Assembly (NCBI RefSeq): GCF_001194135.2 | Contig: NC_068996.1 | Location: forward strand, 28,880,429 to 28,944,428 | Reading direction: 5' to 3' | From: Octopus bimaculoides | Lineage: Eukaryota | DNA: 64,000 nucleotides | Shown: positions 1 through 11,700 of the stretch, one piece after another | How positions within the stretch are numbered: the stretch's first letter is position 1 | Layout: each line of letters begins with the position of its first letter | Notes under the pieces: generated by a model | The model's database searches: none | What the model saw: the letters and a program-made list of their open reading frames with translations, nothing else | Told to the model about the DNA's origin: nothing | Translations under genes and position numbers: made by a program

Positions 1-559
1 AAACACTGTCTGTAGCTGGTCTTCTCTTGGAAGAGCCCTGCTTCTCACATGGACAACTGTATGTTGGCTGCTCAAGAGTGGGCAGCAAAAAAACCTATTT
101 GTATATGCTCCACAAGGGAAAACAAGGAACATTGTTTACAACGAGGTGTTATAATCACAACAGCAAGAAAGTATGTACATGATCACCTTTTACGAAACTT
201 CATTGACTTTCATATATTTATATTGATATACATATATATACGTGTGTTTGGGTGCGTGTGTGTATATACATCTCTATATATAAAGATGATGCGTAGTCTA
301 GATGGTGTTTTTAGATTTCATTATTCTCTTTAACCCGGGCATTTCTGCTAGTATATATATATATTGAACTTTATGATGTAATTCTGAGTGGCTTATGAAA
401 CAACTGCTTCTATCAAAGTATTAAAACTCTTCTTGCCTCTCACCTCTCCTTGTTTTATTTGATTATATATATACGCACAGATGTGTATACATACATATAA
501 ATGTCTTTCATTTCTTTTAAAGCCAAAACAATGTGATTCCAAAGAGATAATACAAGTCA

Positions 560-1760
560 AAAGTTTGTACTTCTACCTTATATTTCAATATTTCAGGGTT
601 AGAAACCCTTCAGGAAATTTTCAAAGATATGGTGTTGTGACTTCTCCATTCTGTAGTGTGTGTACATGAATGGTTGCTTTTCATGTGCAGAATAAGTGTT
701 GCTATAGCAGCCAATCATGTGCAGCTCAGTTCTGCTGTTAATACGCAAATTGGTCTTGCTAATTATGATGGCTTCTTTTATTTTCAGGTTCCCAAGGTTT
801 CATTCTGGCTTCAATGGAAACCTGAGTGTATTGGATGAGGCATTTCCATGCTTCTTGATGGGAAAAGCATTAGCATAGAGGTGTTCTTTAACCCAGATAT
901 GTATTTGTCTGATGTAAACTTCATAACTTTTGGTACACCATATAATTTATATGCAGACATCTATTTTCATTGTTCATTGGGCAGTTGGCAATCTACATAT
1001 AGTGTTGCTAGGTGATAGCCCACTTTTTGTTAGGACCTTCCTCAGGATATGTCCAGAAGGTGCTAGTAAAATATTTAATCCCTCTTTACAGGTTACCTAG
1101 CAGATTTTAGTGTTTTTTTTTCAATAAAATGTGGAAGTTTATGAAAAACACATTAATTTTTTTATGTTAGTTGGTTTGGTGATGCCCTAGCATTTGGTAA
1201 AAGAGTTTGAATGGTCACTTTCCATAAGGACTTTTCAAAATTGTATAGTGTTGGTCTTTTTATTTCTTGTCTTGCTGTATTTACTACTAAGAATAAACTG
1301 CTATTCCTGGCTTTTCTTTTTTTGATTTGGAGAAAGCATTTGACAAGAGTAATACATTCAATAATTTGATGGGCACTGAGGAAACTAGGTATAGGGGCTT
1401 GTAGTCCTAATGTTATTTCATAGAAATTTCCACTTGTCATCTATGCAAGAGGTATCTAAATCTTTCTTACAGCCATATGCATCCCAACTGCAGGATCTTA
1501 TAGCTTCCCCATCTTCCAATTCTGTATCTGTCTATTTCTGACTCTAGAGTTACTAACCATTAATCTATGTTGTGTGGTACATTCTCTGCCTGGAAAGTTT
1601 TTGATATTTACAATAGCTCTGCTGTCCCCTGACTTGTGTAATCACCAGAATGGTCGGTGATAAGGTGGTTGGATGGTTTCTTAAAACAGATGTTGCAAAT
1701 TGTTAGACCAGTCGCATCACAGAACTCTAGAAGCCTAAGACCTTCTTCAATTCCTAGTCT
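560..1760 (-). mobile_element. Decayed RTE-type LINE fragments (APE endonuclease part ~1450-1760; RT C-terminal part ~560-1060)
   Basis: Minus strand reads GLRLLEFCDATGLTICNICFKKPSNHLIT (RTE endonuclease C-terminal motif); the downstream part is frameshifted and only weakly recognisable. Ends approximate. Confidence 0.6.
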
Positions 1761-2029
1761 TTCCCCCTCAGTCACATGGGTTATGTAAGTTTAAAAATAT
1801 TGCATTTTTAAGCTTTTGCCACTTTCACATGAAATCACACATATAAGGTGCAAGGTCTGAGACTTTGTTTAGGAGAGGTAGTTATAACTGTTCTAGATTA
1901 TTGTAATTTTAGTATATTATTATCATAATAAGTTAAACCTGCCAACTTTTTTTTTTATTCCCGATTGAAGGAGACAGCAATTTGAAATACCATATTAAAC
2001 ACTGCTTGTCACAGATGACTAGTTTTGCA

Positions 2030-2737
2030 GAATACAGTTGGGATGTAAAGACAATTTGGTAGTTTGCTATGCAATAAATTTTTGTTAAACTGGGCAAAAA
2101 CACTACAGAAACTTATGAAATGTTCCAGACTGCTTATGGATTAACTTGTATGAGCCAAGCATCTGTTTTCCACTGGTGCTAGCAGTTCAAGGGCAGTAAA
2201 GAGGAAATGAGAAATGATGAGACATGTGGGAGGAAAATGGACATCAGAACATCAGAGCCAGTTGAGAAAATTCACAATTTCCTGGATGAAGATTGTTGTG
2301 TGTCTTTATAAACAATAGGCATACAGTTTGGAGTTGGTGGCAACTGTACACAGAATTTTTCATGAAGATTTGAACATACACAAAATTTGTGCTAAGTTTG
2401 TTCCAAAAGTGCTCAGAGACAAACAGAAGGAATGATGTGTTGGTGACAGCAGGGAGGTGTTTGAGTTTATTACCTCCACTTCAAGAGTACTTGAGTCTCT
2501 GGTAAACTGTGATGAAAGCTGGATCTACAGTTATGATCCAGAGTGCCCAGTGGAAGCATCCTTGCTCCCCAAGGAGGCTGTGACAAGGTCCTTTACACCT
2601 TCATGAAGTGGCTGGAGTGCTACAAGTGTATTGAAGTGAGAGGATCCTCTTTGAAGGAGATTAAGAGTTTTGTACTTCTTTGAAATCAATAGCTGTTGCT
2701 CTCGAAAAGTCCCACAACTTCTGGAATGAACTTTGTA
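2030..2737 (+). mobile_element. Internally deleted mariner transposon remnant
   Basis: Broken frame FCVKLGKNTTETYEMFQTAYG...HKICAKFVPKVL...VNCDESWIYSYDP (HTH, WVP-like and first catalytic D motif), then a C-terminal KWLECY.KCIEV.G and an end ctggaatgaactttg|TA. Left TIR not found. Confidence 0.8.
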
Positions 2738-3714
2738 CCTATGCTTGGATATAGATGTATGTATTTTACACATATGTGAATAAAACCCATGTATCTGAAG
2801 GGAAAAATGAAAGTGAAGTGGATTATTGACTGTCAGCATTACACACCATTTACACACAAACAGAAACACAAATATACAGATTTCTTTCAATTACACACAG
2901 GGTCATATTTTTGAAAACTGTTTTATTAAAAAACTTGTATCGGTACTTATATTCAGACACCAGGATTGTGCCACAGCAAAGTTGACCTCAATGTGATTTC
3001 GATTCAGAATAAAAATATGCTGTAAATAAAAACTAAATAAACTACATAAAAAAGTAAGATATAATAAAATAATAATAATAACAAAGTGTTTTGAGGAAAC
3101 CGTTTGTGGTTTGTGTTGGCAAAAAGTATTCAGTGAACTTCATAAGCTGTGGGGAAGAGCTCATAGACAAATAGCCAAAACTGAAACATTAAGATTCTCA
3201 GCCTGCCTGTGACATACAAAACATATCCAAATTAAGTAACTTTACTTTCTTTCCAACAAGTTGCCAATATTCTGGCAGAATCCAAATTATATTGATAAAT
3301 AATATTAACTGTGTATATAATTTATTTATCTATTGTAATAAAATAGTATCTTTCTATTTGGTTCTTAAAGTAAATAAATCAAATAGAAAGGAACTAATAG
3401 ATTTTGCTAATAATATTTCATTCATTGCTATTCTTTAGCAAATCTAAACATTTTAGTGAGGATTACCACATTTCAAAGGGACAAATTTCTTGAAGAAATA
3501 TAATGAAATTACTTCAAATAATCATTATCACCTGTCTTTTTCTATCTCAAAGAGTTTGACATTAATTATTGAGTTTGTTTGTAAGAGAGAGAGGGGGAGT
3601 GAGAAAGAGAGAAAGGGAGGGAGAGAGAGAGCACATATTTTAAATATGAAAAGTGAGTATTAGATTTAACTGCTTAAGTGGGTCCAGACCAATCAGAAGG
3701 TTAAGGGTGTGCAC

Positions 3715-3744
3715 ACATATATATTTATACATACATATCTAAAA

Positions 3745-3775
<31 letters not shown>

Positions 3776-3794
3776 CACACACACACACATGTAT

Positions 3795-3829
<35 letters not shown>

Positions 3830-3844
3830 CATACATATCTAAAA

Positions 3845-3904
<60 letters not shown>

Positions 3905-3910
3905 CTAAAA

Positions 3911-3961
<51 letters not shown>

Positions 3962-4150
3962 CACACACACATGTATACAAAAATATATATATATATACAC
4001 ACACACATATATATATATAAATGTATACACACACACACACATACATATACAAATGCATTCACACAAATATATATGCACATACACACACAAATATTAACAT
4101 ATTACACACACATATATATATACACACATTTATATAAGTACACACACATA
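3715..4150. repeat. Compound (TG)n/(TA)n/(CA)n microsatellite with a higher-order unit (acatatctaaaagtgtgtg occurs 3 times)
   Basis: Directly visible. Confidence 0.9.
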
Positions 4151-4328
4151 TTGGTTGAATCTCACTAATCCAGGATTTATTAGTCGGGTAGTCACTAGTT
4201 TACATGATGGCCAGTTGGCCAATTATAGCATCCAATCTTGTTTAATCTCTGCCACAAGTAATTTACAATAGTTTATGCTGCTATAGAGATAGAAATATTA
4301 TTAATCAGTATTGATATTTTATCCTTAA

Positions 4329-4546
4329 CCCTTTTGTTGCTCTATTTCTGTCAACATATGCTACCTTTGTTTTGATTAATTTTTAAAATAGTGAAGAATT
4401 TAATAAAATAACTTCCTCATTATTAAGCTGGGGTCTTGTAAAAATGAGCATAAAATTTTGATGGAAGATTATAATTTGGATGACTTTCAAACAGTAGATT
4501 TGTCATAGAACCTGAGACGGTCTCAGGCAGGTTGGTATCAAAAGGG
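4329..4546. mobile_element. piggyBac-type MITE (218 bp)
   Basis: TTAA|CCCTTTTG ... CAAAAGGG|TTAA: TTAA target duplication (4325-4328, 4547-4550) with CCC/GGG termini; internal 8-bp hairpin cctgagac-g-gtctcagg. Confidence 0.85.
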
Positions 4547-5699
4547 TTAAATATGCCTCCTAAGGGAACAGTTAGCAGTGAAGGTGGTTGTAATGTAGAA
4601 AAACATAAGCATGTGACAAAAGGTATAGATTCAGTGAGAGTTTATGTGATATTAAGAAACAACAGCAGAAAATAATGAAACCATTTTTCTGGCATTAAAA
4701 CAAAAGTTATCCAAAATGAAAAAAACATTAATAGACTGTAAGTAAAAACAAGTGGAAAGGGCTCTTGTTCAGTGATAGCAACACTTTCTTGATAATGGTG
4801 GGAGTATTTCGGGAGAAAATGGTCAGTGACCAGGCTAAAATATTTCACAAGCAAATAAATACTGAAGAGCACTTTTGAGATTCAAAATGGCTAGCTTCAC
4901 CGGTTTAAGTTAATGCACAGTATCAGTCAACATTCTGTGTGCGTGTTTGTGTGTGTGTGTGTATGTGTGTGTGTGTGCATGCGTGTGTGTGATGAATAAA
5001 AAAGTGCAGATGAAACTACTGCTTTAGTAAACGCTGTTAGAAAATTTACTGGCTAGTGAAAATTTATTGCCAGAGCCTAAATGTATGAAGCAACAAACAT
5101 TATTAACAAGACATGTTTTGGAAAATAACCAACAAAATACCCAGCAACACTGTTAACAGTATCCACAATTCTCTTCCCAGCACTTCCTCAGTTTCAGACA
5201 TCACAGATGATGATCCAGATATCCCACACGATAAACCAGATGCAGATATAAAAGATATTACTCAACATCAATTTAAATCATGTACAGAAGCATATATATA
5301 TACACATTATGGGAGTTAAGGTAAATAACTGATTAATCTGTCATCAATTTACATGTTTTACAGGTAACAATAGGCATATTTTCCTTAGTTTTTTTTTGCA
5401 ACTAACTATACTTACTTTTGTATCACAGAGCAGTAAACTTTATTATAAAAGTTCATTAAGTCTGAACTAAGTTTATGCTATAAGAAGTTCTGTCAGTATT
5501 TGTACTATAGAAATATTTGCCTTTATACTGCCATTTTTATCAGCTTATATTGTCATTTTTATCTGTAGTTTCACTAGTTTGGAAAATCTGTTATCCTGAC
5601 ACCAGTCTGATCCTAAGCTTGCTGGATAGGTAAGGTTCAACCTCTATCTCTATACATATATATACACACACACATCCATATAGTGATGTTGTAACTATA

Positions 5700-6717
5700 N
5701 NNNNNNNNNNNNNNNNNNNNNNNNNNNNNNNNNNNNNNNNNNNNNNNNNNNNNNNNNNNNNNNNNNNNNNNNNNNNNNNNNNNNNNNNNNNNNNNNNNNN
5801 NNNNNNNNNNNNNNNNNNNNNNNNNNNNNNNNNNNNNNNNNNNNNNNNNNNNNNNNNNNNNNNNNNNNNNNNNNNNNNNNNNNNNNNNNNNNNNNNNNNN
5901 NNNNNATATATATATATATATAATAATGTTATATTTAGGGGACATTTTGCCAAAAAACATATGCACTAGTTGGCTTCCTAGTCATTAGATAGTGGCCATG
6001 CTGGGGCACTGCTTTGAAGAATTTTCAGTCAAATTAATCAACCCCAGTACATATTTTTTTAAAGCCTGGTACTTATTCTATTGGTCTTTTGCTCAACTGT
6101 TAAGTTACAGGGATGTAAACACACCAACACCGGTTGTCAAGTGGTGCTGGAGGACATGCAGACACAAAGACACACACATATATACAATGGGCTTCTTTCA
6201 GTTTACAAGGCTTTGGTCGACTTGAGTCTATAATAGAAGACACTTGCCCAAGGTGCCACACAGTAGGACTTAACCTGGAGCTATGCGGTTGGGAAGCAAG
6301 CTTCTTATAACACAGCCACACATGTGCCTATATATTTCATCAGTTCTTTTGTCATACATTCTGACTATTTCAATGACTATTTGTTCTTCTTCTGTGTCTC
6401 CTCTTCTTTCTGGCCTTATTCTATTTACTCCATCTTGCCTTTCTGTTGTATATGTACATATATAAAGCAAATAAGGTCAGAAAGGAGAAACAGAGAAGAA
6501 CAAATAGTCACTGAAGAGGTCACAGAATGTGTCATGAAAAAACTTTGACAAAATATACAATAACTAATGATAATAAAACTAAATTGAAGGCCAAATAGTG
6601 CATGTGGCTTTTGGTAAAATGATCATCTCATCCCAATATAACAATATCTGTTTCAGCACATGATTTCACATCAAGAATCTTGCAAAACAAAAAAGAAATA
6701 CAAAATTGTGTGTGTGA

Positions 6718-6757
<40 letters not shown>

Positions 6758-6767
6758 NNNNNNNNNN

Positions 6768-6805
<38 letters not shown>

Positions 6806-6967
6806 ATACACACACACACACATGTTTGAGGCTCTGATGAAGCTGTGAGGTGTTACTCAAGCACTCAACTATGAGTCCACTGCATCTTATAGCTGAAACA
6901 GCTGTAAACTAATGAAGTTCATAAGATAATCATTTATTCCTTTGTCATCTCTTTTTTCTTATGTGTG

Positions 6968-7007
<40 letters not shown>

Positions 7008-7621
7008 NNNNNNNNNNNNNNNNNNNNNNNNNNNNNNNNNNNNNNNNNNNNNNNNNNNNNNNNNNNNNNNNNNNNNNNNNNNNNNNNNNNNNNNNNNNNN
7101 NNNNNNNNNNNNNNNNNNNNNNNNNNNNNNNNNNNNNNNNNNNNNNNNNNNNNNNNNNNNNNNNNNNNNNNNNNNNNNNNNNNNNNNNNNNNNNNNNNNN
7201 NNNNNNNNNNNNNNNNNNNNNNNNNNNNNNNNNNNNNNNNNNNNNNNNNNNNNNNNNNNNNNNNNNNNNNNNNNNNNNNNNNNNNNNNNNNNNNNNNNNN
7301 NNNNNNNNNNNNNNNNNNNNNNNNNNNNNNNNNNNNNNNNNNNNNNNNNNNNNNNNNNNNNNNNNNNNNNNNNNNNNNNNNNNNNNNNNNNNNNNNNNNN
7401 NNNNNNNNNNNNNNNNNNNNNNNNNNNNNNNNNNNNNNNNNNNNNNNNNNNNNNNNNNNNNNNNNNNNNNNNNNNNNNNNNNNNNNNNNNNNNNNNNNNN
7501 NNNNNNNNNNNNNNNNNNNNNNNNNNNNNNNNNNNNNNNNNNNNNNNNNNNNNNNNNNNNNNNNNNNNNNNNNNNNNNNNNNNNNNNNNNNNNNNNNNNN
7601 NNNNNNNNNNNNNNNNNNNNN
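5700..7621. other. Assembly gaps (N runs 5700-5905, 6758-6767, 7008-7621; others at 44793-44860, 46464-46617, 51141-51150, 55977-56306), mostly flanked by (TA)n/(TG)n
   Basis: Directly visible. Confidence 0.99.
5985..6330 (-). mobile_element. tRNA-headed composite SINE (family also at 16900, 45540, 46876, 54190)
   Basis: Reverse complement of the tggctgtgtggtaag...ggttcagtccc head plus shared body and ccagcatggcc tail seen in other copies. Confidence 0.8.
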
Positions 7622-7653
<32 letters not shown>

Positions 7654-8615
7654 TATATATATATATTATTGTCTTTTAGCTTTTTATTTCTATTTTAAAA
7701 TTCATACAATGTTAAGAAATTCACACAATGTGTGTGTAGAAATATGTAGGGATTTGTGTGTGTATGTATCTGTGTACAGTTATATATGTGTGTGTGTATA
7801 TGTATATATGTATGTATGTATGAAATGTTTAATTTTTTAAACATTTACTTAGATTATATAAAAAACACCTAGTTATGTTTATTGTTTAAGAATTCTGTTT
7901 GTGTTTGTGAACATATGTATGTGTGTGTATATGTGTGAAAACAAATATACAAATATGAACATTTAAAAAAATATATAAATATAATTAGCATATTTTATCC
8001 ATTTGAGAGATAAATTTATTTTCTGTTAGATGAGAAAAATTTAATTTTCTCTTCTGTTAACCCACAAATATCAACATAAACACACCACAAACACAAGTAA
8101 AAAAATTCCATCGTTTAAAAAACCCAATGAAAGAAGAAAATTAACTACATGCCACTTTGTTTTTTAAGAAAGTATCTGTATATTTGGATGTAGATGTGAT
8201 GGAGGTGGTGGTGTTTAAAATTTACCTTTATTATATTAAATTTCTGCTTATAATGCACACTTTCACGAGTTTTACTTGTGTGTATACATATATACAAACG
8301 AGCAATAAAAAGACAAACTTTTGTGATCATATAGAGTAATCTGTGAATCAATTTTATAGCATCAAGTGTCAAACGTACATGCATATTCACACACACGCAC
8401 ACGCGCATACACACACACACACAAAAGAACATTTATAAATATAGATATACAAATTACTTGAAAGTTTCTGTGTGCCTGTGTGTCTGAAAGATCATATAGT
8501 AAATGTGTACAGATAAATATGCTGTGTAATGTGTGGGTGTGTGAGTGTATCTATGTGTCTGTATGTGTATACAAATGTGATTGAGTGAATGAAAGAAAGT
8601 GGTTTCATTGAGGAA

Positions 8616-8787
8616 TTAATCACATTTGGTTACAAAACTGCCAGGGAAAAGACCATTTTTTCCTGTTCGGTGATGTGCTCCTTTGTACCATCCATTCTCC
8701 CACTTTTTGTACACCATTACAATATCTCCAATTTTCAGTTCTAGTTCCATTTCTCCTTGTGGTGGATAAGGAGCAATGCAACGGTAT
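8616..8787 (-). CDS. SH3RF1: SH3RF last coding exon: SH3-4, [56 protein letters not shown]-stop
   Basis: YPPQ.E.ELELK.GDIV...GW.KG...G..GLFPGSFV is the POSH C-terminal SH3; ccatttgtag acceptor phase 2; TAA at 8618-8616. Confidence 0.97.
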
Positions 8788-11700
8788 CTACAAATGGAAA
8801 TAGATATTCACTAAATGAACAAGTTATTGAAACATTTAATTATCAAAATTAAATTACAACCAGAAAAAAAAACAAAAACAAAAACAAAACAAAACAAGGG
8901 TTTTACATATTTGTCCAATCAGGTAGAAATAACAGTCTAAACTTTCTTAAATGAAACTCTACTGTTTTAAAAAAAGGACACATGAAAATGTAGTTCTAGA
9001 TACACTATATCTAAATAAAAGACAGCATGGTGAATGCTGGACATCATTAATCATAAATCTGGAGTTAAGTCACAACAAGAGAAACAAAATAGGGGAAACA
9101 AAAGAGATAAAATATTAAATTCTTTGTTTATAATAATTTTTTAATTTTGAAAAACTAAATCATTGCAAAACAAATATAAAACAAGAAAATATATTCCAAT
9201 GATTGCTTTTTTTCTTTTTTGTTATTTAAGGCAAAACAAAGCACTTTTTTTGTATATATATCTAGAAAGAATTTAAAAAATTGATTTGATCAATGGAAGG
9301 ATCAGAAGGCTGAATGGATAAAGCAATGCAAAACATGCACACAGGCTGTCAGTTCAAATTGTTCATTTGCATCTGTCTTACTGAACAGAAAACTTTTCTT
9401 CTTCTAGATAACCTCAATACACCTATCATCAGCAATAGGTACCATATCAACATATCAGTCTTCTCAACTGTCATTAATAGGTAACAGATCAATATAGGGT
9501 CATCAATCAGTTCACTTAACTGTCCTGTTAGTAGCAGGTATAAGGTCATTGTGGGCTCATCAGCCAGTTTACCAAGTGTCTGTAGTAATAGGTGTCTGAT
9601 CAATTCAGTTTAGTCTCAGACAATAGTCCACTTAGTGGATAATCAGATCATTATAGTTCAATCACAGATTACAGTTTAGTATCTGTTTTGGTCTGCCATC
9701 TTGCCACTGAATTCAGACCTCTGAGCATGTGTGCAGAGAGCAAACATTATCATCACCCAACTACATCAGTGGTTTCCAACTATTTTTTTACCTATGGACC
9801 CTTTTCATTACTATTTTATTCCGGTGGACTCACATAGCCATTCAATGATTAAAAACTAGTTTTATAGATACTTCTTTCAAAATTCCTATTTTGTTCATCA
9901 CATATTTATTTGTGAAGTTTGAACTATTTAAAATGTTAGAGAAAGAAATTGAACTGTTTGTGGCAATAAATACATTTAAAAGAAAATTTTTTCATGGACT
10001 CTTAAAATACTATCATGGATACCAAATTTACTATTCTGCTTGCATCCCCACCTCCACATCTTATATGGACCTCAGGGGTCATATGGATCCCAATCAAGAA
10101 CCACTGAACTACAGTAACAATCAGTCACAATCTTCTATTCATTGTAGCTTTCACTGTCAGCTATGGTCCTTTGGTTGGATGAATAAGTCTGGTCATTGTT
10201 AATTCTCACCTTGGTGACAGCTATTGATCTTTATCTAGTTTTCTCAGCAACCACTAGATTACAGGGCATGGAACCCTGTCAAAGCATTCTCTAGCTCCAT
10301 AAATATTAGGTGTAGTGGTTTGTTCTTAGCTGAGAACTTCTGTTATAGAAGAGTTTATTGGTAGTGTCTGTTTTGGCACAAACCCAAACTACAACACTTT
10401 GTTACTTCCTATATACTACCAGTCTGACTATATGAGTAAAATATTCAACTTTGCTAGATATTTTCCACATCTCAGCGACTATCCCTAATATAACAGATGA
10501 AATGTACCTGCGAAATGGCAACCATGACACACTAAGTTTGCCTGAGGATTATGCTAAAGTTTCTGTGTGCCTGTGTGTCTGAAAGATCATATAGTAAATG
10601 TGTACAGATAAATATGCTGTGTAATGTGTGGGTGTGTGAGTGTATCTATGTGTCTGTATGTGTATACAAATGTGATTGAGTGACAAGAACATAAAATGAT
10701 ATTGTGCAGGAAAAGCATGCTTGAAAAATGGTTAAAATAAAAGGTAGCTGAAGCCAGACATAAAAAAAAGAGATATTTTAAAAAATAAGTTAGTCACAAA
10801 AGAAAGGGTACTATAAAGAAATAATGGCAAAGGCTAATAACATTTATAGGTCCCTACTCTCAGATTGGTGAGAATGAAGACAATGATGAACTTAAACACC
10901 TGCAATGAAACGTGTACGTGGAGATAATAGGGGTTTGATCTGAATGTTTACAACAGAATCAACTCTACAAAAACAATCCTAGGTTCTGGTGATACTCTTG
11001 TTGCTGCTACTATTGTGTAGTCCCAAGTCAACCCTAATAGAGTACAACTACATTCAAAAGCATTCTATCTGTCTCACTTCTTTCATTATCCAATGTGTTC
11101 TTCCTCATGCCAAAATAGACCTCGCCAGTGCTGGTACCACATAAAAGCACCCACTCCATGCTATAAAGTGTTTGGCATTAGAAAGGGTATCCAGCTATAG
11201 AAATCATGCCAAAGTAGTAGAATTTGATGCAGTCCTCTGGCTTAACAGCTCCTGTCAAACCATCCAAGCCATGCCAGCATGGAAGATGCATATTGAATGA
11301 TGATGATGATGACCAAGCAGGTTGAGGAGCTGCATATGCAAAGAATCACTTTTTGGCTAGAGGAAATTTCTGTTTAAACCAAGCAGTGTATGAAACCTAG
11401 CCAAAGCTGAAGCACTCATATACTTGGTGGTGGTATTAAACCAAGTAACTCAAATTCCTCTATAGATTTCTCAAAGAAGCAAAATACAAAAAAAAAAAAA
11501 AAGCTATGAACATGTACATATATCAGAATTAATTTACCTTGCATGACTTGTATCTGGTGCAACTTGAAATATCGTGTTTTCAGCATCGGAGGTGGATTTT
11601 GTCTTCTTGTTTTTACCCAGAGTTAATCTTTTTACTAAACTAGGCTTGTCTCTTTCCTTCTTTTCTTTCTATAAAATAGATAATGAAACAAATCAGTATT

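Noticed and set aside
3693-4168. Cluster of long ORFs ([12 protein letters not shown]), likewise those at 5591-7840, 44489-47129 and 55789-56443
   Set aside because: Translations of (TA)n/(TG)n microsatellites and N-gaps; not protein-coding.
5113-5319. 68-aa acidic ORF (SSVSDITDDDPD...)
   Set aside because: Short, with no recognisable domain or splice context; may be a DNA-transposon remnant but cannot be supported.
10860-10899. Possible alternative terminal or poison exon (gcag|G TGT TTA AGT...[19 protein letters not shown]-stop) in phase with exon 10
   Set aside because: Indistinguishable from a chance acceptor in a 2.7-kb intron; exon 10 already joins the last exon in frame.
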